The position numbers were made by a program, and so were the translations under genes. From a bacterium (GTDB lineage: Bacteria > Patescibacteriota > Microgenomatia > Woykebacterales > RBG-16-39-9b): a stretch of DNA of 42,607 bases. A model generated the notes under the pieces. It was given only the letters and a program-made list of their open reading frames with translations, ran no database searches and was not told where the DNA came from. This document shows, piece by piece, positions 24,279-31,989 of this stretch; within the stretch, counting starts at the first letter, position 1, and the number at the start of each line of letters is the position of its first letter. The DNA is taken from NCBI GenBank assembly GCA_030690175.1, contig JAUYHE010000006.1:1-42607 (forward strand). The letters run 5' to 3'.

Positions 24279-25045
24279 TATTTCCTCTTTGAGTACATAT
24301 TAACAATTGGTGTAATTAAATTTACCAGGGCTAATGAGGCGATTAGCGGAGCCTTCATATTAAATAAAGTAAAAGCAACCGCAAAAGTTGCCACCAAAAC
24401 TGAATTCACAATTCTGCCCTTGGCTGTCCCAGCCGCCGTTTGAGGCTCTGGTAGCATCACAAAAGCAAAGAAAAATGGAGAGTAGTCACTTGTGGTGGTG
24501 GTTTTAATTGCTTCAAGACTGATATTGTCGGTAGAGAAAATTAATAAAAGAAAATAAACGGTTAGGAAAATAATTGGTGGCCAAACTCGTCGCAGCTTAT
24601 ACATTACCAAAAGACCCAATATGACAATTATTATTACGTTTGAGGCTCCCCACCACTGGATATTTTGCCCGAATATATAAATCATTAAAAAAATCGCAAT
24701 GTTGGCTGGATTAAAAATGTGCTTGTCACGAAAACGAATAAAATGCTTAGTAAAAAGGGCAATCAAAACTGCTAAACTTATTAAAAATAATGAGGTCGAA
24801 GTTGCTAAAACAACAGGAATAATCGTCGCGGTAATGAGTGCCGAGTCTGGAATACGAACTATTTTTTTCGTAAGAGCGTTTAACAAAAGTTCGCCGATAA
24901 TAGCGACTGTCCAAGCAACTACGATGCTTTTCCAAACAACTTGTATTGGAGTATAAACGAAGGAGACTACTATTAGAACCAAAAGGTAAACAAATAGGTA
25001 CGTCTTGATGGTTAGGCGAGGTCTTAAGGAGTATTTCAAATTCAT
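24278..25045 (-). CDS. Polytopic membrane protein, RnfD/NqrB-like
   Basis: 255 aa counted from the ATG at 25045; the tracked extension crosses tRNA-Leu. HIFNPANIAIF and FFFAFVMLPEPQT resemble the NPA and FFMxTDP blocks of the RnfD/NqrB family. Confidence 0.55.
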   Translation of the reverse strand: MNLKYSLRPRLTIKTYLFVYLLVLIVVSFVYTPIQVVWKSIVVAWTVAIIGELLLNALTKKIVRIPDSALITATIIPVVLATSTSLFLISLAVLIALFTKHFIRFRDKHIFNPANIAIFLMIYIFGQNIQWWGASNVIIIVILGLLVMYKLRRVWPPIIFLTVYFLLLIFSTDNISLEAIKTTTTSDYSPFFFAFVMLPEPQTAAGTAKGRIVNSVLVATFAVAFTLFNMKAPLIASLALVNLITPIVNMYSKRK

Positions 25046-25050
25046 TATTT

Positions 25051-25140
25051 TGGTGCCGAGGGGGAGATTTGAACTCCCACGTCTTGTTAAAGGACACATG
25101 GTCCTAAGCCATGCGCGTCTGCCAGTTCCGCCACCTCGGC
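25051..25140 (-). tRNA. tRNA-Leu (anticodon UAG)
   Basis: 90 nt, type II with a long variable arm, loop CTTAGGA, encoded CCA. Confidence 0.9.
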
Positions 25141-25154
25141 CTGTTTCGCGAGCT

Positions 25155-25163
25155 ATTATACCA
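25155..25163 (-). promoter_or_regulatory. Extended -10 promoter of tRNA-Leu(UAG)
   Basis: Minus strand: TGgTATAAT, 14 nt before the tRNA 5' end. Confidence 0.55.
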
Positions 25164-25181
25164 AATTTAGCCATTTAGTAA

Positions 25182-25949
25182 TTAAATAGACGTTTTTGCT
25201 CTTTCGATTGCCGCATCGTGGGCCGTCAGTTCTAAATTATCATCGATATGGTCAAGACCCACCTCACCGTAGTGGCGCGCTAAAGCCTTTCTAATTAAAA
25301 AATCGGCAAAAAAGGGATTTTTCGGCAAGACCGGCCCGTGTAAGTAACAACCAAAAACATTTCCTTGAAAGGCACCCTCGGCCCGGTCTTCCCCATTGTT
25401 TCCAGAACCCACCAGGACCTTACCAAGAGGATTTGCCTTTTTCCCTAAATAAGTTTTACCGCTGTGATTTTCAAAGCCCACCATCAAATTTCCACCGATC
25501 TTTGGTAACATGCTATTAGTTTCAATGACGATGTTTCCAATCATACGCTGATTGCTAGCAACGGTAACTACGTCAAGCAAACCAATGCCTGGAAGTTCCG
25601 GCTGCGCAAAAGGACGATAATATTGACCCAACAATTGGTAGCCACCACAAATCGCAAAAAACACAGAACCCAGACGAGCTGCTTTCTTTAAATCTTCTTT
25701 TTTGTATTTTATTAAATCGTCTGATACTTTCTTTTGAGCTTGATCTTGACCACCGCCAAAGAAATACAAATCAAATCTGGTGGGGTCCACCTTCTCTTTG
25801 AAATCGATTTCACGAACGGACACACTGATACCTCGCCAACGAGCCCTTTTCCAAATAGTCAAGATGTTGCCTCTATCACCATAAGTGCTCATCTGACGAG
25901 CGTAAAGCCAACCAATTGTTAATTTTGGTTTAGATTCTCCATTTGCCAT
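25182..25949 (-). CDS. gatD: Lipid II isoglutaminyl synthase, glutamine amidotransferase subunit GatD
   Basis: 255 aa, CobB/CobQ-type GATase (FFAICGGYQLLG, YLHGP). It lies immediately downstream of murT. Confidence 0.8.
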   Translation of the reverse strand: MANGESKPKLTIGWLYARQMSTYGDRGNILTIWKRARWRGISVSVREIDFKEKVDPTRFDLYFFGGGQDQAQKKVSDDLIKYKKEDLKKAARLGSVFFAICGGYQLLGQYYRPFAQPELPGIGLLDVVTVASNQRMIGNIVIETNSMLPKIGGNLMVGFENHSGKTYLGKKANPLGKVLVGSGNNGEDRAEGAFQGNVFGCYLHGPVLPKNPFFADFLIRKALARHYGEVGLDHIDDNLELTAHDAAIERAKTSI

Positions 25950-25958
25950 CTCTAATTT

Positions 25959-27341
25959 CTAGTCCTCCCAAAATTGGGTACTGTAACCTCTACGCGCTAA
26001 TATTTTTTTCAGTTTAATCATCGGTGTGTAAGTTGGCAGAATATAGAGCGTATCTCCCTTTGGTACCTCCTCAATTGATGCTTCAAGGGCGGTTTCTAGA
26101 TCAGTTTCTATTTCTGATTCCGCTGCGAGACCAGCGTATTTTAGTCTTAAAGCCATATCCGCGGCTCTGATACCGCTCACGCGAATTTTTTTTAGATTAG
26201 GATCAGTAACAAGATCTTCAAAATCAACATCCCAGAGCCACGAAACATCCCGGCCGTCAGCGATTAGATCGTTGATTGCAATTAACACGTATTTATCATT
26301 TCGGTTTGTACCTAGTAAGCGCAAAATCTCGTTAAATCCAGAAGGGTTTTTTACTAAGGCAATAAATAATTTTTTTCCGTTGACATTTATTCTTTCTGTT
26401 CGTCCAAAGGCAGGGGTAGTCGCGTTTAGCGCCCTTTTGATAACACTTAAATTAATTCCACAGGCGACGGCAGCCGAGACAGACGCAAGAACGTTATAAA
26501 TATTATAAACTCCAGGTAAGGACACATCCAATTCGAAAGTGCCTTTTGGAGTAACTATTCTTGCCTTGAAACCATTTTCCTGGTCTAAATAAACATCACT
26601 AGCGTACACATCCGGTTTGGGTCTTTTTAAACCACAACTAGGACACCTATATTTACCTAGATGCGATAAATAAACCTGATCAAAACGCAGTTCGCTTTGG
26701 CAAGAAATACAACTAGTGAAATCAGCAGCGTGGGGTAGCTTGCCTAGAGAAAGGCCGTCATCTTCAATACCGTAGTAAATCACCTTGGCCTTAGTTGAGC
26801 CAGCCAGGTGTGATACCGAGTGGTCATCACTATTAAGCACAATTGTCGTTTCGGAGTCAAGTTGCAAAAGCGCTTTTTGCCATATTTTCCGAATTTTATC
26901 CACTTCCCCATACCGATCGAGTTGATCGCGGAAAAGATTGTTAAATACGATTACTTTAGGTTCAACGCTTTGGACAGCGATGGGAATCGTGACCTCATCC
27001 ACTTCTAGCAGTGCCAATTTTTTCTTTCTACTGGTGAAGCTAAAATTTTCAGCTAATGTGCCGATCAGGCCCCTTAACAGATTTGAACCGGAGCGGTTGT
27101 GGATAAAATTAATGTTGGCCTCATTTAGTATATTTCCTAGTAACCGTGACGTAGTGGTCTTACCGTTGGTACCAGTAACCAGCAGCGCGCCATCGTAATA
27201 TTTACCGAGCTTTTTTAGGGCGTGAGGATCAATATATTCAGCTGCCAAACCAGGAGCAGCAGTCGCGCCCCCACCAGACAGCCTAATCACCAACCGCAGC
27301 GTCTTAGCGGCTAAAACGGCCGTCATAAGTCTAGCGTTCAT
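25959..27341 (-). CDS. murT: Lipid II isoglutaminyl synthase, Mur-ligase-like subunit MurT
   Basis: TGTNGKTTT P-loop, a Cys4 ribbon (CISCQ...CPSCG) and a DUF1727-like C-terminus. The ATG at 27341 (MNARLMTAVLAAK) is preferred over the upstream TTG. Confidence 0.85.
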   Translation of the reverse strand: MNARLMTAVLAAKTLRLVIRLSGGGATAAPGLAAEYIDPHALKKLGKYYDGALLVTGTNGKTTTSRLLGNILNEANINFIHNRSGSNLLRGLIGTLAENFSFTSRKKKLALLEVDEVTIPIAVQSVEPKVIVFNNLFRDQLDRYGEVDKIRKIWQKALLQLDSETTIVLNSDDHSVSHLAGSTKAKVIYYGIEDDGLSLGKLPHAADFTSCISCQSELRFDQVYLSHLGKYRCPSCGLKRPKPDVYASDVYLDQENGFKARIVTPKGTFELDVSLPGVYNIYNVLASVSAAVACGINLSVIKRALNATTPAFGRTERINVNGKKLFIALVKNPSGFNEILRLLGTNRNDKYVLIAINDLIADGRDVSWLWDVDFEDLVTDPNLKKIRVSGIRAADMALRLKYAGLAAESEIETDLETALEASIEEVPKGDTLYILPTYTPMIKLKKILARRGYSTQFWED

Positions 27342-27348
27342 GAAAGTA

Positions 27349-27377
27349 ATTCTAATATAGTTATTGGTAATTGCCAA
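27349..27377 (-). promoter_or_regulatory. Promoter of murT-gatD
   Basis: Minus strand: TTGGCA (27377-27372), 17 nt, TAGAAT (27354-27349). There are 7 nt to the ATG at 27341 and no SD. Confidence 0.55.
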
Positions 27378-27921
27378 TGAGGGTCATGTAAAAATTGACC
27401 CTAGCTGCCCAATGCGGGTTGGCCGCGTAGCCAGGACCAACTTTCCAGGGTGTTATTTTACCAAGATTTCCCCAACGACTTCTAATTTGGCCAGCTACGT
27501 AATCAGAGGCATTAGACCAATCTTTGAAGTAAGCACTACCGTTACCCCAACCGTATGGGTTGTAGGAGCCGGCCGGCACAGCCTGGCCGTAGGTGGATTC
27601 AACTCCGGTAATCGCCGGAAGAAACCGCCAATCAAGATCATAACGATCGGCAATAACAACTAAGTTGGCTGCTTCTGATTGTAGTGGTGAGCCTTGGGAC
27701 GCCAGAAATTTGGAGAGCCTGCTGGCCCGATCGTCCTTTTTGCCAATTACTTGAACAACAATTTGGTTTGGGCTCTCGTTATATTTTTCTCCAATAGCAA
27801 CACTAGCCCTTTCCTGATACGCGGCTAGATTTTGGGGTTTTTGGATAATTGTGGGGCTAGTCAAGATAGCGGCAGTAACCATAATGACCATGGCAGCGGC
27901 CCGGCTGAAGGTTTTTAACAT
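27361..27921 (-). CDS. Secreted/anchored peptidoglycan hydrolase, glucosaminidase (GH73)-like, paralog 1
   Basis: 186 aa with an N-terminal hydrophobic signal/anchor. LDWRFLPAITGVESTYGQ...SYNPYGWG...FKDW resembles the E-S-x-x-G / N-x-F-G layout of glucosaminidases. Confidence 0.5.
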   Translation of the reverse strand: MLKTFSRAAAMVIMVTAAILTSPTIIQKPQNLAAYQERASVAIGEKYNESPNQIVVQVIGKKDDRASRLSKFLASQGSPLQSEAANLVVIADRYDLDWRFLPAITGVESTYGQAVPAGSYNPYGWGNGSAYFKDWSNASDYVAGQIRSRWGNLGKITPWKVGPGYAANPHWAARVNFYMTLIGNYQ

Positions 27922-27925
27922 GATC

Positions 27926-27947
27926 GCTCCGACCCTAAGGCCGGAGC
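27926..27947 (-). promoter_or_regulatory. Hairpin sequestering the SD of the hydrolase gene
   Basis: Minus strand: GCTCCGGCCTTAGGGTCGGAGC. The 3' arm contains GGAG, 5 nt before the ATG at 27921. Confidence 0.45.
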
Positions 27948-27959
27948 TAATGAAACCAC

Positions 27960-27989
27960 AAAAAAGCTTCCGCCAATGTTTGCGAAAGC
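27960..27989 (-). terminator. Intrinsic terminator located inside a 5' leader
   Basis: Minus strand: GCTTTCGC-AAACATTG-GCGGAAGC (8 bp including one G-U pair), followed by TTTTTT. Confidence 0.65.
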
Positions 27990-27995
27990 GCTAGG

Positions 27996-28024
27996 ATTTT
28001 ACCAGATGTTCCTTTGGATGTCAA
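27996..28024 (-). promoter_or_regulatory. Consensus promoter firing into the 27989-27960 terminator
   Basis: Minus strand: TTGACA (28024-28019), 17 nt, TGgTAAAAT (-10 at 28001-27996). The predicted +1 (27989) is the first base of the terminator stem. Confidence 0.65.
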
Positions 28025-28034
28025 GTATAAGAGG

Positions 28035-28655
28035 CTAATAGGTAGAGTTGGAGATTTCCTCCATGGCTGTATTGACTGCGTACACCCAGGTCGGACTACT
28101 ACTAGAGGTATACTTGGTGGCAATTGTTTCGGGGGTGCTAAGACCGTTATTAACGTAATTTTCCTTAATTTTAGCAGCCACAGTATTTATACCTTTGCTC
28201 CAATTATCAAAGTAAACACCGGCTGTTGCCCCTTTATAAATTGCCCAACCGAAGGGGTTATACGAATCTCGGGGAATTTTCTTACCTAGATTTGATTCCT
28301 GAAAAGCAATTGCTGGAAGCAAACGCCAATCTAGACCATACTGATCAGCAGCCGCGACAAATTCTTTTCCTAGTCCAGTCATCGGTGAAGCGTGCTTAGC
28401 TAGGAATTTATCGACTAAAACCGGTCGTACATCACCACCTTTTACCGCAGCCAAAACAGAACTGAACTGGTTTGACTCATTTTTAATATTTTGCGGTAGA
28501 TCAAACGTATTTTTAGATGAATTAGCCAAAAAAAAGCTTACTTTCAGCGGCGAACTTACTTTTTGGAAAATATTAATTGAACCAAAAATAAAAATAAGCG
28601 TGATAACTACCCAGCCAAAAATGATTATCGGAAGGACGGCAGCTTTTTTAACCAT
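28035..28655 (-). CDS. Peptidoglycan hydrolase, glucosaminidase (GH73)-like, paralog 2
   Basis: 206 aa counted from the ATG at 28655; the tracked extension crosses tRNA-Gly. It has a TM anchor and LDWRLLPAIAFQESNLGK...SYNPFGWA...FDNW, parallel to paralog 1. Confidence 0.5.
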   Translation of the reverse strand: MVKKAAVLPIIIFGWVVITLIFIFGSINIFQKVSSPLKVSFFLANSSKNTFDLPQNIKNESNQFSSVLAAVKGGDVRPVLVDKFLAKHASPMTGLGKEFVAAADQYGLDWRLLPAIAFQESNLGKKIPRDSYNPFGWAIYKGATAGVYFDNWSKGINTVAAKIKENYVNNGLSTPETIATKYTSSSSPTWVYAVNTAMEEISNSTY

Positions 28656-28690
28656 ATTTATTGGTAATCTAAAAAACTTCAACCCAAAAG

Positions 28691-28765
28691 TGGAGCGGGC
28701 GACGGGATTTGAACCCGCGACCTTCTCCTTGGCAAGGAGACACTCTACCACTGAGCTACACCCGC
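28691..28765 (-). tRNA. tRNA-Gly (anticodon GCC)
   Basis: 75 nt, loop TTGCCAA, canonical GG18-19 and TTCAAAT T-loop, encoded CCA. Confidence 0.9.
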
Positions 28766-28779
28766 ATTAGTTGAGGCGA

Positions 28780-28788
28780 ATTATAACA
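28780..28788 (-). promoter_or_regulatory. Extended -10 promoter of tRNA-Gly(GCC)
   Basis: Minus strand: TGtTATAAT, 14 nt before the tRNA 5' end. Confidence 0.55.
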
Positions 28789-28854
28789 CAAATCGCCCTA
28801 AAGTTGACATTTGAAATTTAGCTAGTTTGTCAGAACGCAGAACTCTTTAGCGAT

Positions 28855-28893
28855 CTTAGTCGAAGGAGCAGAACGCGGAGCGATCTATTTGCC
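28855..28893 (-). repeat. Copy Z (diverged) of the post-stop-codon motif
   Basis: Minus strand: GGCAAATAGATCGCTCCGCGTTCTGCTCCTTCGACTAAG. It shares the CGCGTnCTGC, CCTTCG and ACTAAG blocks with copy X and starts 8 nt after the FemX-like stop. A partial internal duplication (CAGAACGC...AGCGATCT twice) lies at 28831-28886. Confidence 0.4.
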
Positions 28894-28901
28894 ATTCTGT
28901 A

Positions 28902-29966
28902 CTAGTCTTCCCAATATCCAGATGTGAGCCTTCTATAATACCTTCTAAGCCTTTCAGCGGCTCTGTAAACGTAGTATTTTGAATTTAGAGGGAAATCCTG
29001 CGCTCGAATATAACTATACTTAAAACCACCAAATCCTCGCTTGAAAAGACTGAACCCATACCAGGGGTGCCCAGGATGGAAATTTTTATCCTTGACCACT
29101 CCCCAGAAATTATAATACTTACAGCCGCGTTTCTTAGCTTCTTTCATGGCCTCCCATTGCAAAGAATACCCTACTGACTGAGCTTCTTTTGTATTTGAAG
29201 CGGCGTGGAGGTAGTAAGTCATTTCTCCATAGAACATAATCATCGCCATCGAAAGAGTAACGTCGCCTTTTTTGGCTACAAAAAGTTTCTCTTGGTCCTC
29301 CTTTGAAAAAATTTCAAACTGTTTCAGATAGTAGTTTTTGGGGTGGTTCACAAATCCTTTTCTGGTGGCGGTTGAGTAAAGCAGGCCGACAAATTTTTTA
29401 GCATCACTCATCTCATTGGAGATCTCCACAGTTATACCCTGCTTAGGCTCGTGGCGAATAAGATAACGCGTAGTTTTACGCATACCGGCAAGCAACTCTT
29501 CTTCTGCTTTATCCAGAGGCAAAAGCCAAGCATCTTCTACCTGGACAAAAGTTACCGCTCCCTTAAAGCCGATTTTGGCAAAAATTTGTCTGTTCTCTTC
29601 TGTGTTTTCAAGCAAGGGATCGATTTTTATAAACGTGCATTTTTCCTTTTCGGCCAAGGTTTTTAACGATTCAAAAAGCACTTCAAATGTTTGGGGGTCT
29701 GTCCAATCAATAAGCGGCCCTCGCGGACAATAAATATAATTGCTAAGCCTGCTCGAATATTTAACCGCCAGGCAAATACCAACCAAACTTCCTTTTTTGA
29801 AAACGCCAAGTCGCCAAATCCGACGCCCAACACTAATATTGAATTTTCCCCAATTCCAGGACTGCAAAAAGGTGTTTGGTGAGTTTGAAAGAGAAAAATC
29901 TTCCCAGGGTTTTTTGTCGTCGATTTCTTTTACCTCATACATACTCATGGAATTAAAATTATTCAA
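28902..29966 (-). CDS. FemAB-family peptidyltransferase (FemX/MurM-like, aminoacyl-tRNA dependent)
   Basis: 354 aa with the layout and motifs of lipid II amino-acid transferases (FLQSWNWGKF..., TTRYLIR, YYLHAAS). It overlaps the DegT gene by 8 nt. Confidence 0.85.
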   Translation of the reverse strand: MNNFNSMSMYEVKEIDDKKPWEDFSLSNSPNTFLQSWNWGKFNISVGRRIWRLGVFKKGSLVGICLAVKYSSRLSNYIYCPRGPLIDWTDPQTFEVLFESLKTLAEKEKCTFIKIDPLLENTEENRQIFAKIGFKGAVTFVQVEDAWLLPLDKAEEELLAGMRKTTRYLIRHEPKQGITVEISNEMSDAKKFVGLLYSTATRKGFVNHPKNYYLKQFEIFSKEDQEKLFVAKKGDVTLSMAMIMFYGEMTYYLHAASNTKEAQSVGYSLQWEAMKEAKKRGCKYYNFWGVVKDKNFHPGHPWYGFSLFKRGFGGFKYSYIRAQDFPLNSKYYVYRAAERLRRYYRRLTSGYWED

Positions 29967-31155
29967 ACTTATTTACAAACTCGACTACCCTGCCCGCTTC
30001 TTCCATAGTCATCCCTAAATAATTAGGTAGATTAAGTGTTTGTTCGGCTGTCCTCTCGGCATTTGGACAAGTTCCTTTTTGGTAGCCGAGTTTTTCCTCG
30101 TCAACACCTTTTGGGTACACCGGCACGTTGTACCAATTACTAAACCAAAAGCGTCTTTTTCTAGCTTCAGCGAAAACTCTAGACGCATCGCGGTGGAGAA
30201 CCACAAAACGCAGATAAATTCCTTCGTGTTCTGGTAGCAACCGGAACGCAGGGTTTTTTATATTTTCAAAATAAAACTTGGCGATTTTCTCCCGATTCTT
30301 GTTGTACTCATCCAAATGATTGAATTCCCCCAAGGCTATTTGAGCTAGTACAGGCGGCATCGCGGCTGGATACCAAGTGGGTTGCTCTCCCCTTTTTTCT
30401 TTTTCACTTATTACTACGTTAAAAAAATCAAAATCATTTAGCTTTTTAATAAATTTGTAGCCGGTTTTGTTGAAGTAAATACGCCGCAGTAGCGCTCGCC
30501 AAGTGAAAAAATTTACAAATTCTTCTGTCAGTCGCGGCAAGGGTAAACTTTTGAGCGCTGCGGTCTCATTAATCGTATTTTTTATCAGGTTCTCGTTTTT
30601 TATGATCAGCGCGCCACCGGCCAGGCTAGAGATCACTTTTTCTCGTCCAAAGGAAAGAATGGCTGCGTCGCCAAACGTGCCTAGCTTTTTACCATTATAG
30701 GTAGCGCCAAGAGCGTGAGCGCAATCCTCAATCAAGTACAGATCGTGTCTTTTAGCGATTTCGGTAAGCTCTTGAAGCGGTCCTGGACGGCCAAAAGTAT
30801 GCTGGACTACGATGGCCTTGGTTTTTGGCGTAATTTTTGCCTCAACCAGTTTCGGATCTATATTTAGCGTTCCCGCGTCTATATCTACGTAAATAGGGGT
30901 TGCTCCAGACCAAATGATGGGGTTTGGCACGGCGTTGCAAGTGTAAGCTTGGATAATTACTTCGTCAGCAGGCCCGATCCCAGCCGCTTTAAGGACTAAA
31001 TAAATAGCGCTTCTTCCAGAATTTACCGGGAAAACACGGAGTCCAAAATAGCTTTCGAGCCTTTTTTGTAGCTGTAGTACTGGATCTAGGCCTTCGTTTT
31101 CGCGAGCGTTGAAAATGCTTTTTGCAATGGTTTTGATTACGTTGATTTTGGCCAT
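29959..31155 (-). CDS. DegT/DnrJ/EryC1/StrS-family PLP-dependent aminotransferase
   Basis: 398 aa with DEVIIQAYTCNAV, IEDCAHALGA and SFGREK (Schiff-base Lys context). Confidence 0.9.
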   Translation of the reverse strand: MAKINVIKTIAKSIFNARENEGLDPVLQLQKRLESYFGLRVFPVNSGRSAIYLVLKAAGIGPADEVIIQAYTCNAVPNPIIWSGATPIYVDIDAGTLNIDPKLVEAKITPKTKAIVVQHTFGRPGPLQELTEIAKRHDLYLIEDCAHALGATYNGKKLGTFGDAAILSFGREKVISSLAGGALIIKNENLIKNTINETAALKSLPLPRLTEEFVNFFTWRALLRRIYFNKTGYKFIKKLNDFDFFNVVISEKEKRGEQPTWYPAAMPPVLAQIALGEFNHLDEYNKNREKIAKFYFENIKNPAFRLLPEHEGIYLRFVVLHRDASRVFAEARKRRFWFSNWYNVPVYPKGVDEEKLGYQKGTCPNAERTAEQTLNLPNYLGMTMEEAGRVVEFVNKFE

Positions 31156-31212
31156 TTTGCTTTGGTTGGATTTGAAAGTTATGATATCACAATCGAGGTA
31201 ATGAACAGAAGC

Positions 31213-31286
31213 TGGCTGCCGGGCTAGGATTCGAACCTAGATAGCGGGATCCAGAGTCCCGCGTCCTACCGTTAGACGACCCGGCA
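31213..31286 (-). tRNA. tRNA-Gln (anticodon CUG)
   Basis: 74 nt, U1-A72, loop CTCTGGA, encoded CCA. Confidence 0.9.
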
Positions 31287-31292
31287 CCGTCC

Positions 31293-31366
31293 TGGCTGGG
31301 GAACCAGGATTCGAACCTGGACTCACGGCTTCAAAGGCCGCTGTGCTACCGTTACACAATTCCCCA
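31293..31366 (-). tRNA. tRNA-Gln (anticodon UUG)
   Basis: 74 nt, U1-A72, loop CTTTGAA (A37), encoded CCA. Confidence 0.9.
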
Positions 31367-31367
31367 A

Positions 31368-31442
31368 TGGTCGGGGTGACACGATTTGAACGTGCGACCT
31401 CACGCTCCCAAAGCGCGCGCTCTACCCCTGAGCTACACCCCG
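31368..31442 (-). tRNA. tRNA-Pro (anticodon UGG)
   Basis: 75 nt, loop TTTGGGA, encoded CCA, 1-nt spacer to the next tRNA. Confidence 0.9.
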
Positions 31443-31490
31443 TTAGACTAGTGAATTATACCAAAGTGAACGTGGGATTTCTAATAGATG

Positions 31491-31576
31491 TGGTGCCGCG
31501 GAGAGGATTTGAACCTCCACAGGATTGCTCCCACTACGCTCTGAACGTAGCGCGTCTACCGTTCCGCCACCGCGGC
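31491..31576 (-). tRNA. tRNA-Leu (anticodon CAG)
   Basis: 86 nt, type II, loop TTCAGAG, encoded CCA. Confidence 0.9.
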
Positions 31577-31586
31577 AAACACGTAG

Positions 31587-31615
31587 ATTTTACCAGATTT
31601 TCCTTGCAGCTTCAA
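31587..31615 (-). promoter_or_regulatory. Promoter of the Leu-Pro-Gln-Gln tRNA cluster
   Basis: Minus strand: TTGAAG (31615-31610), 17 nt, TGgTAAAAT (-10 at 31592-31587). There are 10 nt to the tRNA-Leu 5' end. Confidence 0.6.
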
Positions 31616-31726
31616 TCCAGTTGGTGGTTCGAAAGTCTTCAACAAAGGTCAGCTACGTATATATCCTTATACAATAAGAAATACAGCCTATTTCTGTGTA
31701 GTTTTATCTAACGGTAAATCAAAGGT

Positions 31727-31867
31727 TTAGCCTCCGATTTTAAACACCTTAGTTCCACAAACTGGACAAGTACCTTTCAAGGCTTTTCTACCGTTTTTCA
31801 TGGTAACTTGCTCTGGATTGGAAACTTCTCTTTTTTCTTTACATTTTACGCAGTATGCAGTTGACAT
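31727..31867 (-). CDS. Small zinc-ribbon protein (DUF5679-like)
   Basis: 46 aa: MSTAYCVKCKEKREVSNPEQVTMKNGRKALKGTCPVCGTKVFKIGG, with CxxC...CxxC. GGAGGTG lies upstream. This ORF is not in the supplied track. Confidence 0.65.
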   Translation of the reverse strand: MSTAYCVKCKEKREVSNPEQVTMKNGRKALKGTCPVCGTKVFKIGG

Positions 31868-31918
31868 ATTCTAGATGACACCTCCTTCCAAATAAAGGGT
31901 TGTTCTAATTCTTTGTCT

Positions 31919-31947
31919 ATTATCTTTAATCTCGGCTCGTGTGTCAA
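31919..31947 (-). promoter_or_regulatory. Promoter of the DUF5679-like gene
   Basis: Minus strand: TTGACA (31947-31942), 17 nt, GATAAT (31924-31919). The leader is ~45 nt and has an SD. Confidence 0.6.
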
Positions 31948-31954
31948 ACTTATA

Positions 31955-31983
31955 TTGTTGATTTTTCTTTTGTCCTGTAAAAT
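31955..31983 (+). promoter_or_regulatory. Candidate promoter of the PAP2 gene
   Basis: TTGTTG (31955-60), 17 nt, TAAAAT (31978-83). There are 6 nt to the GTG at 31990. Confidence 0.45.
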
Positions 31984-31989
31984 TTAATT

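Noticed and set aside
25046-25174. N-terminal extensions of tracked ORFs that cross tRNA genes. Other cases are 28656-28751, 20503-20559, 21823-21948, 38219-38431, 36423-36638 and 39552-39842.
   Set aside because: The extensions or whole ORFs translate tRNA sequence (for example GSNPV and VAGSIP motifs). Internal ATG starts after the tRNA give sensible proteins, and the remaining ORFs are pure tRNA shadows.
31343-31711. The 122-aa plus-strand ORF.
   Set aside because: It is read through the reverse complement of tRNA-Gln, tRNA-Pro and tRNA-Leu genes (typical GFEP/RFERAT-type translations) and is not a gene.
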